The translations under genes were made by a program, and so were the position numbers. 64,000 nt of DNA from Candidatus Krumholzibacteriota bacterium (lineage in GTDB: Bacteria > Krumholzibacteriota > Krumholzibacteriia > JAJRXK01), in the NCBI GenBank assembly GCA_963764625.1, contig CAVXTH010000009.1:480001-544000 (forward strand), in the 5' to 3' direction. Numbering within the stretch: position 1 is the stretch's first letter; the number at the start of each line of letters is the position of its first letter. This document shows positions 1 to 10,074 of this stretch, in pieces. Under the pieces are notes generated by a model that saw nothing but the letters and a program-made list of their open reading frames with translations, was not told the origin of the DNA and ran no database searches.

Positions 1-155
1 GCGGCGGCGTGGTGCTGGCGCACTGGCTGGCGACGGGTCGTCTGACACCGTCGATGCTGGGCATATTCGCTCTCTGGACGCTCGTGTTGTTGCTCTTCGG
101 CCTGAGTTTCGTCGAGTTATACAGCCACCTGAAAACGGACCCGCGAGACGTCTGA
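1..155 (+). CDS. 3' end of a membrane protein (partial, runs off window start)
   Basis: Frame from nt 3 reads GGVVLAHWLATGRLTPSMLGIFALWTLVLLLFGLSFVELYSHLKTDPRDV*, hydrophobic, TGA at 153-155. Confidence 0.55.
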   Translation, partial: GGVVLAHWLATGRLTPSMLGIFALWTLVLLLFGLSFVELYSHLKTDPRDV

Positions 156-439
156 CGCGCGTAGACACACTCCAAGCGAAGGCCGCCGAATCCCCGCGTC
201 CTAACGAGCATGGCCTCGACAACCACGGTCGCGTGGCTCTTGTCGTCGAACTACTTTGTCAGATCGCGGAGCAGCCGATCACGCTCCTGCCGCGCTTGTC
301 CTCACGATTCCACCGCGGTCATGGAGACATTCGGGAGACGGCGTCCCCGGGTCGGCGGGATACTGGTGGAGCCGGGTGTTTCGCTGTAGTAAACTAGACA
401 TTTACCGGAACCATCCGCACGCCTGCCCAAACAGGAGAG

Positions 440-1978
440 GTGATGACCGTGCGACACCGACTATTCTGCGGCATCGTTCTTCAATCCCTGGTCCTCATCA
501 ACACTCCGACCGGCGCCACCACGCGGATCGTCAAACCGGACGGCACCGGCGATGTCCCCACCATCCAGGACGGCGTCAACGCCTCCCTACCGGGTGACAG
601 TGTGGTCCTCGCCCCGGGCATCTTCACCGGCGTTGGCAACCGGGATGTGGACTACGGCGGCAAGGCCATCGTCGTCACGTCACAGGGCGGCGCGGCGGCC
701 ACCATCATCGATTGCGAGGGACTGGGACGCGGATTCCAGTTCGTCAACGGCGAGGACAGTACCTCGGTGCTTTCCAACGTCACCATCACCAACGGACACG
801 AGACTTCGGGTGGAGCGATCTATGCCTTCGGTGCCGCACCCACCATCACGGACAACATCATCACCGGCAACACGGCCGACGAATATGGCGGGGGAATCTA
901 CTCGCTCGAGGCAACACCCGGAGGGGGGCGGATCGCGCACAACACCATCTCGGACAACGATGTGGACACCGGCATGAGCGGCCTCGGCCGGGGTGGCGGG
1001 ATACTGGCCGAGACCATCCAGGTCATCGAGGACAACACGATTACGAGGAACTCCGCTGACAATGGGGGCGGCGTGTGGTTCCAGGGTACATCGGGCCCCC
1101 TAACGCTCGGCTCCCTGATCAACAACACGATCACCAACAACACCGCGCACTTCCATGGTGGCGGAGTCTATGTCAACCTCGGGGCTCTGTCCCTTGCGGG
1201 GAATCTCATCATCGGGAACTACGCAGCCACTTTGGGCGGCGGCATGTATCTGTTGAGAGTGAACGACGCGATCGAGAATTGCGTGGTGGCCAATGACTCG
1301 TGCGGAGTGATAGGCTCGGGAATCTATCTCTTTCAGTCGTTTCCGACGCTGACGAACGTCACCATGGCGTACAATATGGGGCCCGACGCCATCGCCCTCG
1401 ACCAGAGCTCTGTAACTATCGAGCGATCGATCATCGCGTTCAACAGCGGCTACGCCATTGGCTGCTATTCGTATCTGAGCCAGGAGACCTGCGTGGATTT
1501 CTACGGCAACCAGAGCAATGGGACCTGCGTTTCCGGCAGCGACGTGTTCTACCTCGACCCGTTGTTCTGCGATGCAACCAATGGGGACTATCGCCTCGCA
1601 TCCGGGTCGCCATGTCTGCCCGCCAACAGTCCGTGCGGCCAGCTGGTGGGTGCCTTGCCGGAGTGCGTTGCGACCGGCGTGGGCCCCACGCCACGGACCG
1701 ACGGGGCGGTACTGGAGATCTTCCCCAATCCATTCAATCCATCCACTACGATTCGCTACGGTTTCGCGCGTAGGAACGGCCCGGTGACGGTCGTTATCTA
1801 CGACGTGCGCGGACGCCGGGTGCGCACGCTGGTGAACGAACAACAAGCCGCGGCGGTGCGGTCGGTGAAATGGGACGGGCGCGATGACAACGGTGTCGCG
1901 GCGGGTTCGGGTGTCTACTTCTGCCAGGTCAAAGCACCCGGCGTTCTGGCGGCGCGTCGCATGGTGCTCCTGAAGTGA
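440..1978 (+). CDS. Secreted right-handed beta-helix (PMP/pectate-lyase-like repeat) protein with C-terminal FlgD-Ig/T9SS-like domain
   Basis: Signal-like N-terminus, repeated GGAI/GGGI...N motifs, C-terminal PNPFNPSTTIRY...IYDVRGRRVRTL...WDGRDD...SGVYF. Confidence 0.85.
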   Translation: MMTVRHRLFCGIVLQSLVLINTPTGATTRIVKPDGTGDVPTIQDGVNASLPGDSVVLAPGIFTGVGNRDVDYGGKAIVVTSQGGAAATIIDCEGLGRGFQFVNGEDSTSVLSNVTITNGHETSGGAIYAFGAAPTITDNIITGNTADEYGGGIYSLEATPGGGRIAHNTISDNDVDTGMSGLGRGGGILAETIQVIEDNTITRNSADNGGGVWFQGTSGPLTLGSLINNTITNNTAHFHGGGVYVNLGALSLAGNLIIGNYAATLGGGMYLLRVNDAIENCVVANDSCGVIGSGIYLFQSFPTLTNVTMAYNMGPDAIALDQSSVTIERSIIAFNSGYAIGCYSYLSQETCVDFYGNQSNGTCVSGSDVFYLDPLFCDATNGDYRLASGSPCLPANSPCGQLVGALPECVATGVGPTPRTDGAVLEIFPNPFNPSTTIRYGFARRNGPVTVVIYDVRGRRVRTLVNEQQAAAVRSVKWDGRDDNGVAAGSGVYFCQVKAPGVLAARRMVLLK

Positions 1979-2018
1979 TATGGAAAGCGGAGTCTCGTTG
2001 GCAAACAAAAGTTTGGTG

Positions 2019-2265
2019 ACGGATAGTGGATTGTATACGGCGCTTTAGCCGAAAAGCGAGCAACGACCTTCGAAACGGGTGCTCTTTGCGCTGTGTTCTC
2101 GGTGCGATGATCACCATGAGGATTGATCGTCGATCCGCGACTCACCCTACCGCAACTCTGTTCGCCCGACATGCGCCCACCTGAGCGGCTTCCACCTATC
2201 CTTGGGCACACCGTACCCCCGACGCTCGTGCTGTTGCGCATTCGTCGGGAGGCTGAGGGTACTGG
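2019..2265 (-). repeat. IS91/ISCR-like oriIS end, copy 1 (247 bp)
   Basis: Matches 17334 onward, starts ACGGATAGTGGATTGTATACGG, diverges after GAGGGTACTGG. Confidence 0.9.
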
Positions 2266-2483
2266 CTGACCAAGTCGGGCAGGCAGCGAAAGATCGGCAA
2301 GATCGTCAGCGGTGGAGGTTGTGCTCTGGTGGTTCTTGCGGTGAGCGTGGCGGTGCTGACTCTTCTGAGCTGGGTGAGTCTGTAGGCAACCGCGGCGGAG
2401 TTGAAGCGATTCGGATTTCGTCGCATAATGGAATGGTCGCGGCATATTGATTGATCTGCACATTTGCAAGGTTGGTAAAGCTC

Positions 2484-3059
2484 ATGAGATGTGGAATTGC
2501 CTGCGGGCTGTTACTCTCGTTGCTCCTTTTCCTCGCTCCGAGCACGAACGCACAGGATGTCCCGGGAAATGTCTTCTTGGGAGTGCCCTCAATTCTCACT
2601 CACTACGTGCTCGTGTGTCTTCCTCCCGAGGGGGGCGTCTACGCGCTCGCCACTGAACCGCTGGAGCCGGTGAAGTCGGTGCGCTTCCAGGTCACCTGGC
2701 CGGACGGAGTCGATCACGATCAGGGGAGCGTGATCTGGCCGGGCGCGGTCGATGTCTCCGAACCCGGTGACGACATCTGGGACATCGTGTTCGAGGAATG
2801 TCGCGACAAACCGGGCAGCACTCTGTACCTCGTGAACTACGGAGGGGTGGATTATTACGGTCAAAGGGGCTGGATGTGCCCGTATGGTGACGTGGTTCCC
2901 CGACCGGTGTGGACGCTGTGTTCCGGGGAAACCATCGAAGCCTCGCTCTTCGACATGGGCCCTTCCTGGGTGGATGGCTGTTCTCCTTTTGGAAACAACT
3001 TCTGCGAGGTCATCCCCGCCCAGGCGCAGAGCTGGGGCACCCTGAAGTCCAGCTACTGA
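2484..3059 (+). CDS. Secreted hypothetical protein with C-terminal SWGTLKSSY motif
   Basis: Signal peptide ending STNA-Q, ends AQAQSWGTLKSSY, duplicated with a frameshift near 20991. Confidence 0.7.
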   Translation: MRCGIACGLLLSLLLFLAPSTNAQDVPGNVFLGVPSILTHYVLVCLPPEGGVYALATEPLEPVKSVRFQVTWPDGVDHDQGSVIWPGAVDVSEPGDDIWDIVFEECRDKPGSTLYLVNYGGVDYYGQRGWMCPYGDVVPRPVWTLCSGETIEASLFDMGPSWVDGCSPFGNNFCEVIPAQAQSWGTLKSSY

Positions 3060-3079
3060 GAATGAAGTGGAGAGGATCG

Positions 3080-3418
3080 ATGGATCGCAAGAAGGCCGTT
3101 CGAGACTATTAGGAGTCCGCGCGCCCGGCGGGAGTCTACCGCGTGCAGCACACGCCGAGCGGCCGCACTCTTTTGGGATCCAGTCCCGATGCGCCGGCGA
3201 TGCTCAACCGCATTCGCTTTCAGTTGCAGACGAAGGGGCATCCCAATCGCAAGCTTCAGGCCGACTGGAATGCCGATGGCGCGGATGCCTTCACCTTCGA
3301 AGTCTTGGATCTGCTGCCGCCCACCGAGAACGAAGTGAAGGACCCGGCCGCAGAGTTGGCCGCTCTCGAGGAATTGTGGCAAGACAAACTGCAGATCGCG
3401 GAAGAGCTGCGCTACTAG
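3080..3418 (+). pseudogene. Small GIY-YIG-like protein with an in-frame TAG at 3110-3112
   Basis: MDRKKAVRDY*ESARPAGVYRVQH...; the second copy at 21586 has AAG at this codon. Confidence 0.65.
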
Positions 3419-3510
3419 TCTCGCCATGAACATTGACTGGCACGAAGAGGCCAGCTTCAGATAGGATTTCATTTCTAAACCACCGGCCACGTATTCCCAC
3501 GAGGGCAAGC

Positions 3511-4239
3511 ATGTCTGAAAGTTCCGTTGCTCGTTGGCCCCAGCACTACGCGCGTCTCTGTGGCTTCTTTTATCTGTACATCATCGTGGCCGGCATCTTC
3601 GCCGAACTCTTCGTTCGCGCGAAGCTCGTCATTCCGACCGACGCCGGCGCGACAGCCCACAACATCCTGAGCCACGAATCGCTGTTCCGGATTGGGTTTT
3701 CCGGCGAGATCCTGCATCTCTCCTTCGACGTCATGGTGGCAGTGATTCTGTACGCGTTGCTTCGCCCTGTCGATCGCAGCATTGCCCTCCTCGCCGCGTT
3801 CATGCGCTTTGCCTGTGATCTCATCTTGGCCGTGGCGAGCATGAGCCACTTCGCGGCATTGAAGCTCTTGCATGGAGGCGCTGCTCTCGAGTCCTTTTCC
3901 TCGGGACAACTGCATTCGCTCGCACTGTGGGTGATGAATCTTCACGGCGACGCCTATGCCATCAGTCTCGTCTTCTTCGGCTTCGCATGTCTCGCCCTGG
4001 GGCACCTTCTCTTTTACTCAGACTTTCTCCCCAAGGCCCTCGGTGTTCTGCTCGCTCTCGCCGGAGTCTGCTACCTCTTCACGAGCTTCGCCCAGTTCCT
4101 GGATCCGGCCTTCGCCCAGCGACTCTTTCCCGTCTTCTTCATTCCGTGCTTTGTGGGCGAGCTCGGCTTCGCGCTGTGGATGCTCGTGAAGGGCGTGAAA
4201 GTTGAAAAGTGGAGAGAGCGGGCGCTCGCGCAGGACTAA
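3511..4239 (+). CDS. DUF4386-like multi-pass membrane protein
   Basis: YARLCGFFYLYIIVAGIFAELFVR...ATAHNILSHESLFRIG...GELGFALWMLVKGV pattern typical of DUF4386. Confidence 0.8.
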   Translation: MSESSVARWPQHYARLCGFFYLYIIVAGIFAELFVRAKLVIPTDAGATAHNILSHESLFRIGFSGEILHLSFDVMVAVILYALLRPVDRSIALLAAFMRFACDLILAVASMSHFAALKLLHGGAALESFSSGQLHSLALWVMNLHGDAYAISLVFFGFACLALGHLLFYSDFLPKALGVLLALAGVCYLFTSFAQFLDPAFAQRLFPVFFIPCFVGELGFALWMLVKGVKVEKWRERALAQD

Positions 4240-4392
4240 ACCCCTAACGGGGCGGTTGGCGACAGACCCGTTGTCCGTCCAGGCTATCAACTCTTGACCG
4301 CCCGGGCAGAAGTGGTCCACGCTCAGCTCATCCGTCCCCTCCCCCTACAGGTCTTAGTTTACGCTTCGTGTGCTGCTCAGGAGGCATTGCCG

Positions 4393-4976
4393 TGACCAAA
4401 TTTCGTTGGGTGTTGTTGCTCGCTTTGATTCTCATGGGACTTTGGGCTCGTGAAGCTTCGGCTCAAGGACGACCCGATCCCGCAAAACTCATGGCGGCTC
4501 AGCGAGAGGCGATGAGCCGACTTGCCATCATGGATGGGGTGTGGAGGGGTGCCGCTTCGATCAGCATGGGTCCGGACGGGAAGCACGAAATCACCCAGAC
4601 AGAACGGGTTGGATCGTTCTTGGATGGTTCCGTGAAAGTCGTCGAGGGCCGCGGCTACGAGGCAGACGGCACGGTCAGTTTCAATGCGCTGGGCATCATC
4701 TCCTACGACCCTGAGTCCAAGAGTTACACGATGCATTCCTATGCGCAGGGGAATGTCGGTGACTTCGTATTGACTCCTACGGGCGATGGCTACAGCTGGG
4801 AGATCCCCGCTGGACCCATGAAGATAAAATACACGGCCACCATCAAGGATGGAACTTGGATCGAAACCGGAGACCGCGTATTGCCGGGCAAGGAGCCGGT
4901 GCGGTTCTTGGAGATGAAGCTCGAACGTGTCGGAGATACCGACTGGCCGTCCGCAAACGCAGTGAAGCCCCAGTGA
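4393..4976 (+). CDS. Secreted DUF1579-like protein
   Basis: Signal peptide, AQREAMSRLAIMDGVWRG...TQTERVGSFLDGSVKVVEGRGY. Confidence 0.7.
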
Positions 4977-5103
4977 GCGAGTGCGCCCTGCATGCTTCCG
5001 CGGAAGTGGCCGCGGGCCGGGGTCTTGTTCATATTCTGGTACGTAGAATTCCCGCCAGCGCGGGAAACGCAACAGATAACTCGGCCCCGAAAGGAGCTTC
5101 AGT

Positions 5104-5235
5104 ATGAAGCTGAGAAGCAAATTGTGGAGCGCTGCGCTTCTTCTCGTCGCAGTACTCTGGTCGATCGCCGCTTTCGCCAAGAACACTGACCAGAAGATCG
5201 TCGTCAAGGACGTCGGCTTTTCCACTCCCGAGTCG
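5104..5235 (+). pseudogene. 5' fragment of a secreted beta-propeller/SMP-30-like protein cut by repeat copy 2
   Basis: MKLRSKLWSAALLLVAVLWSIAAFAKNTDQKIVVKDVGFSTPES runs straight into the repeat. Confidence 0.6.
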
Positions 5236-5670
5236 ACGGATAGTGGATTGTATACGGCGCTTTAGCCGAAAAGCGAGCAACGACCTTCGAAACGGGTGCT
5301 CTTTGCGCTGTGTTCTCGGTGCGATGATCACCATGAGGATTGACCGTCGATCCGTGCCAGGTGTCTGAGAATCCGGTCCACCACCGCTGCTTCGTCGATC
5401 ACCGACACGATCTTCATGGTTCCCCCGCACTGCGGGCAGAGCATGGGGTCCAGCTCGAAGATCCTGCGCAGCAGGCGTGCCCAGCTGCGGCTGCGCGCAG
5501 TGGACGGTGCCCTGGCGATCGTCGCGTCCTGGGGGGTGGCTCTTGCCCCTCGGGCCCGGTGCGAGTACCAGCCGTAGTAACGGACCAGGTGCTGCCGTGG
5601 CGCGGGGATCTAGGCGCACAGACGGCGGATCATCTCCAGAACATCGAGTTCGAGATCACGTTGGCCGGTG
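5236..5670 (-). repeat. IS91/ISCR-like end, copy 2 (ori plus 3' piece of transposase, internal deletion)
   Basis: Same start motif, deletion at CGATCCG microhomology (5348-5354), identity to the full copy ends at TTGGCCGGTG. Confidence 0.9.
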
Positions 5671-5840
5671 AGGCGCTTGGTCAACTGTTTGAGGATGCCA
5701 TCGTTGCCGAGAAACTCCTCGGGCTTCTTGCCGGCGATGAGCTCATCGAGCAACTTGTCGGTAGGATCTGGCTTGGCCATGGCTCTTCTCCTTTGATAGA
5801 GTATAGTTCAAGGCCAGTTACACAGAAAAGCTTACAGTCT
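5671..5840 (-). mobile_element. IS256-family left end and transposase N-terminal fragment
   Basis: Minus strand from ATG 5780: MAKPDPTDKLLDELIAGKKPEEFLGNDGILKQLTKRLT; terminal AGACTGTAAGCTTTTCTGTGTAAC resembles IS256 IRs. Confidence 0.7.
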
Positions 5841-5872
5841 TGATAATGGAAGCTCAAACACGAGGATTGAAA

Positions 5873-6982
5873 ATGAAGCGAAATCACCTCTATTTCATTA
5901 TCACGCTGTTGCTTGTCGCGATGGCGGTCGTCGGCTGCTCTGACAACGGCACCGCCCCGGTGCTCGACAAGGGCCCGGCTATCACACGCGTTTGGATCGA
6001 GGGCGCGCTCAACGTATCCCTCGGTGGCACCACGGCCATGAAGGCCATGGTCATGTACGAGGACGGCACAACCCACGATGTCACCGAAGACGCCGCCTGG
6101 GACACGCTCGACCCCACCGTGGCTACCGCGGACAACGGCGTCGTGACAGCGGTCGACATCGGTGTCACCCAGGTGCGCATCCGCTACCGCGGCGTCACCT
6201 TCTCCGACTTTCTCGGTGTTCCGACGCGTGGGTATCCTCAGGGCTCCATCTCACTCGAGGGATACAGCGGGGTCGACCAGGCACTCCAGCTCAACCCCGG
6301 CGAGACCCGTCAGCTCAAGATCGAGATTCGATACCCCGACGCCACCACGCTCGACATCACCGACCGCGCGGTCTTCGACTCGTCCAACCCCGCCGCCATT
6401 TCCGTCGATCCATTCGGAGTGGCCACCGTCCACGTCGACCAGGGCGCGACCGAGCTCTGGATCGAGTACCGTGGCCAGTACGCGCAGTTCACACTGCAGG
6501 TGGGTGACCCCCTGCCCAAGCAGTACGAAGTCTATGTGGAAGCCGAAAGATTCGCGGCGCCCAATTCGTGCGACAGCGCCACCAACGCTGATGGCGGCGA
6601 CGGCGAATTCTGTTACCAGATCAACGTCGTTACGCCGACCGGCGACCGCCTGCTCGTCGCCGAGACCACCGACTATCCCAGCAAGGACCACGTCATCCAC
6701 GTTGACCAGAACGGATCGCTGACCCTCAACTCCGCGCAGCTCGGCCCGCTCCCACTCAGCGAAATCCAGGCCCTCGAGGTCGAAGTGCGCGTGACCGAGT
6801 GGGACCTGCAGTGGACCGACTTCGGCGACCCCATACACGATTCCGATATGGACGACAGGTCGGACAGCCGCGTCTATCGCGGCTCCGACGGCTTTTCGCC
6901 CGGCGTCCACACCATCAACCTCACCGGATCCGCCGACTGCGAAGTCGAGGTCAGCTTCCGCATCATCGCCGTCCAGCTGTAG
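5873..6982 (+). CDS. Lipoprotein with Big_2-type Ig-like domains
   Basis: Lipobox VVGC, two repeats of DGTTHDVT..A.W....P.VATA / DATTLDITDRAVFDSSNPAAISVD. Confidence 0.75.
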   Translation: MKRNHLYFIITLLLVAMAVVGCSDNGTAPVLDKGPAITRVWIEGALNVSLGGTTAMKAMVMYEDGTTHDVTEDAAWDTLDPTVATADNGVVTAVDIGVTQVRIRYRGVTFSDFLGVPTRGYPQGSISLEGYSGVDQALQLNPGETRQLKIEIRYPDATTLDITDRAVFDSSNPAAISVDPFGVATVHVDQGATELWIEYRGQYAQFTLQVGDPLPKQYEVYVEAERFAAPNSCDSATNADGGDGEFCYQINVVTPTGDRLLVAETTDYPSKDHVIHVDQNGSLTLNSAQLGPLPLSEIQALEVEVRVTEWDLQWTDFGDPIHDSDMDDRSDSRVYRGSDGFSPGVHTINLTGSADCEVEVSFRIIAVQL

Positions 6983-7020
6983 CCCCCACCCGGAAGGGCG
7001 CAGGAACGCAAGGGCCCCGT

Positions 7021-7119
7021 ACGGATAGTGGATTGTATACGGCGCTTTAGCCGACAAGCGAGCAACGACCTTCGAAACGGGTGCTCTTTGCGCTGTGTTC
7101 TCGGTGCGATGATCACCAT
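7021..7119 (-). repeat. IS91/ISCR-like oriIS end, copy 3 (99 bp, shortest)
   Basis: ACGGATAGTGG...GATGATCACCAT then unrelated sequence. Confidence 0.9.
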
Positions 7120-7194
7120 ATTGACCTTGGTGCGATGAAGAGTTTGAAGAAGCAGCAACAGATGAAAGGAGCCGCGGCCCTCTGGGGCCGCGGC

Positions 7195-8037
7195 CTGTCC
7201 CTGCCCCGAGTTCAATAAGCAAGTGCAACACTTCTGGCTTAGCGACTTCCGCGCTAGAATGCGCGGATTATGTCTAAACACTACAAGCACTTGTCCGAAG
7301 AGGAGCGGGATCGTCTGGCGATCCTCAAGGGCCAGGACCTGCCGATGAGAGCGATCGCGGCTCAACTCGGTCGGTCTCCCTCGACGATCTCACGGGAGCT
7401 GCGTCGTAACGCCTCCTCCGGCAGATCAAGCGGCTATCTGCCCCATAAAGCCCAAACCGAAGCCGACCTTCGTTGGAGGCAAAGTCATCGTCGGCTGCGT
7501 CTGAAAGCCCCCTTCCTGAGGTCATATGTCCGAATCGGTCTCAAACGAGGCTGGTCACCCGAGCAGATCGCCGGACGACTTCGATACGAAGGTCACTCGC
7601 TGACCGTCAGTCACGAAGCCATCTATCAATGGATCTACCTCGAGGCTAGGGAGCTGATCCCTCGGCTCGCCAAGTCTCACCGCAAACGACTACCGCGCCG
7701 GTATTGCAAACACTCCCGATTCCGTATCCCCAACAGGGTTTTCATCTCCGAACGCCCCCAGCATGTGCTTACACGGGAATAGCCAGGACACTGGGAGGTC
7801 GACACCGCCAACTCACCTCGCGGGACGGCGGCGCTCGCTGTTGCTGTCGAACGCAAGACTCGGTACATGAGGATCAAGGCCATCTCTCGAAAAACGGCTA
7901 TGGCGTTCCGCAAGTCGCTGGTTGAAAGTCTCGGCAGCTATCCCGACCACATCCGAGCGACAATCACTTACGATAACGGTGCAGAGAACACATGCCATTG
8001 CTGGGTCGATCGCGCCCTGGGCACTCAGGCGTACTAC
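7195..8037 (+). mobile_element. IS30-family element, defective (nonsense codon 7780-7782, 3' truncated); ORF starts 7270
   Basis: YKHLSEEER...RSPSTISRELRRN, WSPEQIAGRL, GHWEVD, TITYDNGAEN; similarity stops after TQAYY, before the expected third catalytic Glu. Confidence 0.85.
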
Positions 8038-8264
8038 GACGGCCCCATTCGTGACTCTCAGCAAAACAGAGACGCCGTGCTGCGCAAGTATTCGAAACGT
8101 GCCCGAATGTGGCAAACGAAAGGCCCACCTGCGGTGAGCGATACGGCCTGCGTTAAGAAAACGAGGCCACCTGATTAGGCGGCCTCGATAAGTGGCTCCC
8201 CTTTCGTGACTCGCAGCGAAAGGGTCTATGTTCGGGGGTTGACTAGGTCCGTAATCTCTGTGGC

Positions 8265-9416
8265 TCACTGGCCGCCGCGGAAGAGAGCCTTTAGTCCTCC
8301 GAAGCTTGTGGCCTCTGTGGGCACGGGAGCTCCTGCGAAGGGTTCGAAATCCGCGATTCCTGTCTCCAGAGCGGAGTCGTGATTGTCATAGATGCGCGCA
8401 GCGATCTCCGTAGGATCGGTTGTCCCCCAGTAGTTGTTCGTGAAGTCATAATGCCTGATCTCAGGCGCGGTATCTCCCGTCAAATAAGCCAGATATCCTT
8501 GTGAAGAAATTAAGTCGTTCTCGTTGACATGCACAGTGCTAGGCGAACCAATCCATATTCCGTATAACTGTGAATTCAGCAGCTCATTCTGATGAAGGTC
8601 TACCGTAGCGTAGTTGCTGATATCAACATGCCATCCATTGTTCTGAAGCGTGTTGTCAGCAACCGTCACCACGGTCCCGCTTTCTAACAATACGATCCCA
8701 GAGTACATGACATTTTCGATTGTGCAGTTCTCGATGAACCCCGGACAATTGTCAAATTGGATTCCTACACTACCTCCATTGATATGCGTGTAGCTGATCT
8801 GAGCTTCTTGCGGTGATCCTAGCGTAATTCCATATCCGACATTATCTGTCAACTCGCAATGGCTGATGCGAATCAGTCCCCCTGTAAATGGCACATGAAT
8901 GCCGTCCTCGTTGTTATGCATGATGCTATGATCAATCGTAAGGGGACCTTCCGGCTCAAAGCCAAATTTGCAGTATCGTGCCACACAATCCGCTATGTAG
9001 AAATCCCCTAGGGAGTACGCGCCCACCCAAGTGTTCTCAAATGTCATCTTTTCGATGTGAGTTACGCTGACGTTTTGGGCGACGACCAATCCCACGGGAT
9101 CTCCCTGGGCAGTGGTGGGTGCGGTAGGACCGATGATCACGGCATCTCGATCCGTCCCTATTATCGTCAGATTGTCTACCCGAACTACTAGATGCGCGTC
9201 GCGTCGTACGCCGCTGTTGAAATAGAACTCCGTGACTTCTTCATATCTTCCAGGTCCGATCAACAGAGTATCCCCCGCTGCTGCAGCGTCGGCTGCTGGC
9301 TGCAGCAGGGTATAATCTCCCGTGCCATTTTTCATCACGGTGATGGTATTGGACCAAGCCGCCGTCGAGAGGAGAAGTAGAGCCAAACTGAATGTGGCAA
9401 GGATGGAGTTGCGCAT
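8265..9416 (-). CDS. Secreted beta-helix (NosD-like) protein with C-terminal TSFGGLKALFR motif
   Basis: Signal peptide, GTGDY..LQPAADAAAAGDTLLIGPGRY, parallel beta-helix repeats, NNYWGT, visibly AT-richer than the core. Confidence 0.75.
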   Translation of the reverse strand: MRNSILATFSLALLLLSTAAWSNTITVMKNGTGDYTLLQPAADAAAAGDTLLIGPGRYEEVTEFYFNSGVRRDAHLVVRVDNLTIIGTDRDAVIIGPTAPTTAQGDPVGLVVAQNVSVTHIEKMTFENTWVGAYSLGDFYIADCVARYCKFGFEPEGPLTIDHSIMHNNEDGIHVPFTGGLIRISHCELTDNVGYGITLGSPQEAQISYTHINGGSVGIQFDNCPGFIENCTIENVMYSGIVLLESGTVVTVADNTLQNNGWHVDISNYATVDLHQNELLNSQLYGIWIGSPSTVHVNENDLISSQGYLAYLTGDTAPEIRHYDFTNNYWGTTDPTEIAARIYDNHDSALETGIADFEPFAGAPVPTEATSFGGLKALFRGGQ

Positions 9417-9475
9417 GCTGTTGCCTTCTCGAACTGCGGGTTGGGGCTATGGACCCCAACCCACTACTCCTACAG

Positions 9476-9620
9476 TTAACGCACGACCGTGACGCGTGTC
9501 TTGAGGTCCTTTCCGTCCGCCAACATCCGGACAAAATAGACTCCGCTGGAAACCTGGGTTCCAGCACTGTCCTGGCCTTTCCATTGTACCACATGGGGGC
9601 CCGGCCCAAAGACCTGGGGG
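9476..9620 (-). pseudogene. Orphan FlgD-Ig C-terminal fragment cut by IS3
   Basis: GPGPHVVQWKGQDSAGTQVSSGVYFVRMLADGKDLKTRVTVVR*. Confidence 0.7.
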
Positions 9621-9709
9621 TGCTTGCCGTCAGACTGATTGAGACAGATCCAAGCTAAAAATAGAGGACACTTCTGAGGTATCCTTAAGAACCCCAAAGG
9701 GAGTGTACC

Positions 9710-10072
9710 ATGTCCGAATCTACGAGTCCCGAGTCGAAAGTCCGTGAGATCCGCCGCAAGACACGCAGACGTTACAGCGCGGAGGAGAAGATTCGTATCG
9801 TCCTGGACGGATTGAAGGGTGAGGACAGTATTGCCGAGCTCTGTCGTCGGGAGGGGATTAGCCCGAATCTCTACTACACCTGGTCCAAGGAGTTTCTGGA
9901 GGCCGGCAAGCGCCGTCTGATGGGCGACACCAAGCGCGAGGCGAGCAGCAGCGAGGTAGAGGATCTTCGTCAGGAGAACAGCGAGCTGAAGCATACGGTC
10001 GCCGATCTGACGCTGCGTGTCCGTGGGCTCAAAAAAAATATCAGTGGCTTAGACGGCGGACGGGGCCGCTGA
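9710..10072 (+). CDS. IS3 OrfA (HTH)
   Basis: RRRYSAEEKIRIVLDGLKGEDSIAELCRREGI; A-run at 10031-10038 is a candidate -1 frameshift site. Confidence 0.9.
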   Translation: MSESTSPESKVREIRRKTRRRYSAEEKIRIVLDGLKGEDSIAELCRREGISPNLYYTWSKEFLEAGKRRLMGDTKREASSSEVEDLRQENSELKHTVADLTLRVRGLKKNISGLDGGRGR

Positions 10073-10074
10073 CG

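Noticed and set aside
1929-2117. Recurrent small ORF MVIIAPRTQRKEHPFRRSLL... apparently fused to several cargo ORFs (also 20274-20624, 30584-32542)
   Set aside because: It is the translated ori repeat, has no clear RBS, and its ATG is altered in some copies. The FG-GAP gene has its own start and signal peptide.
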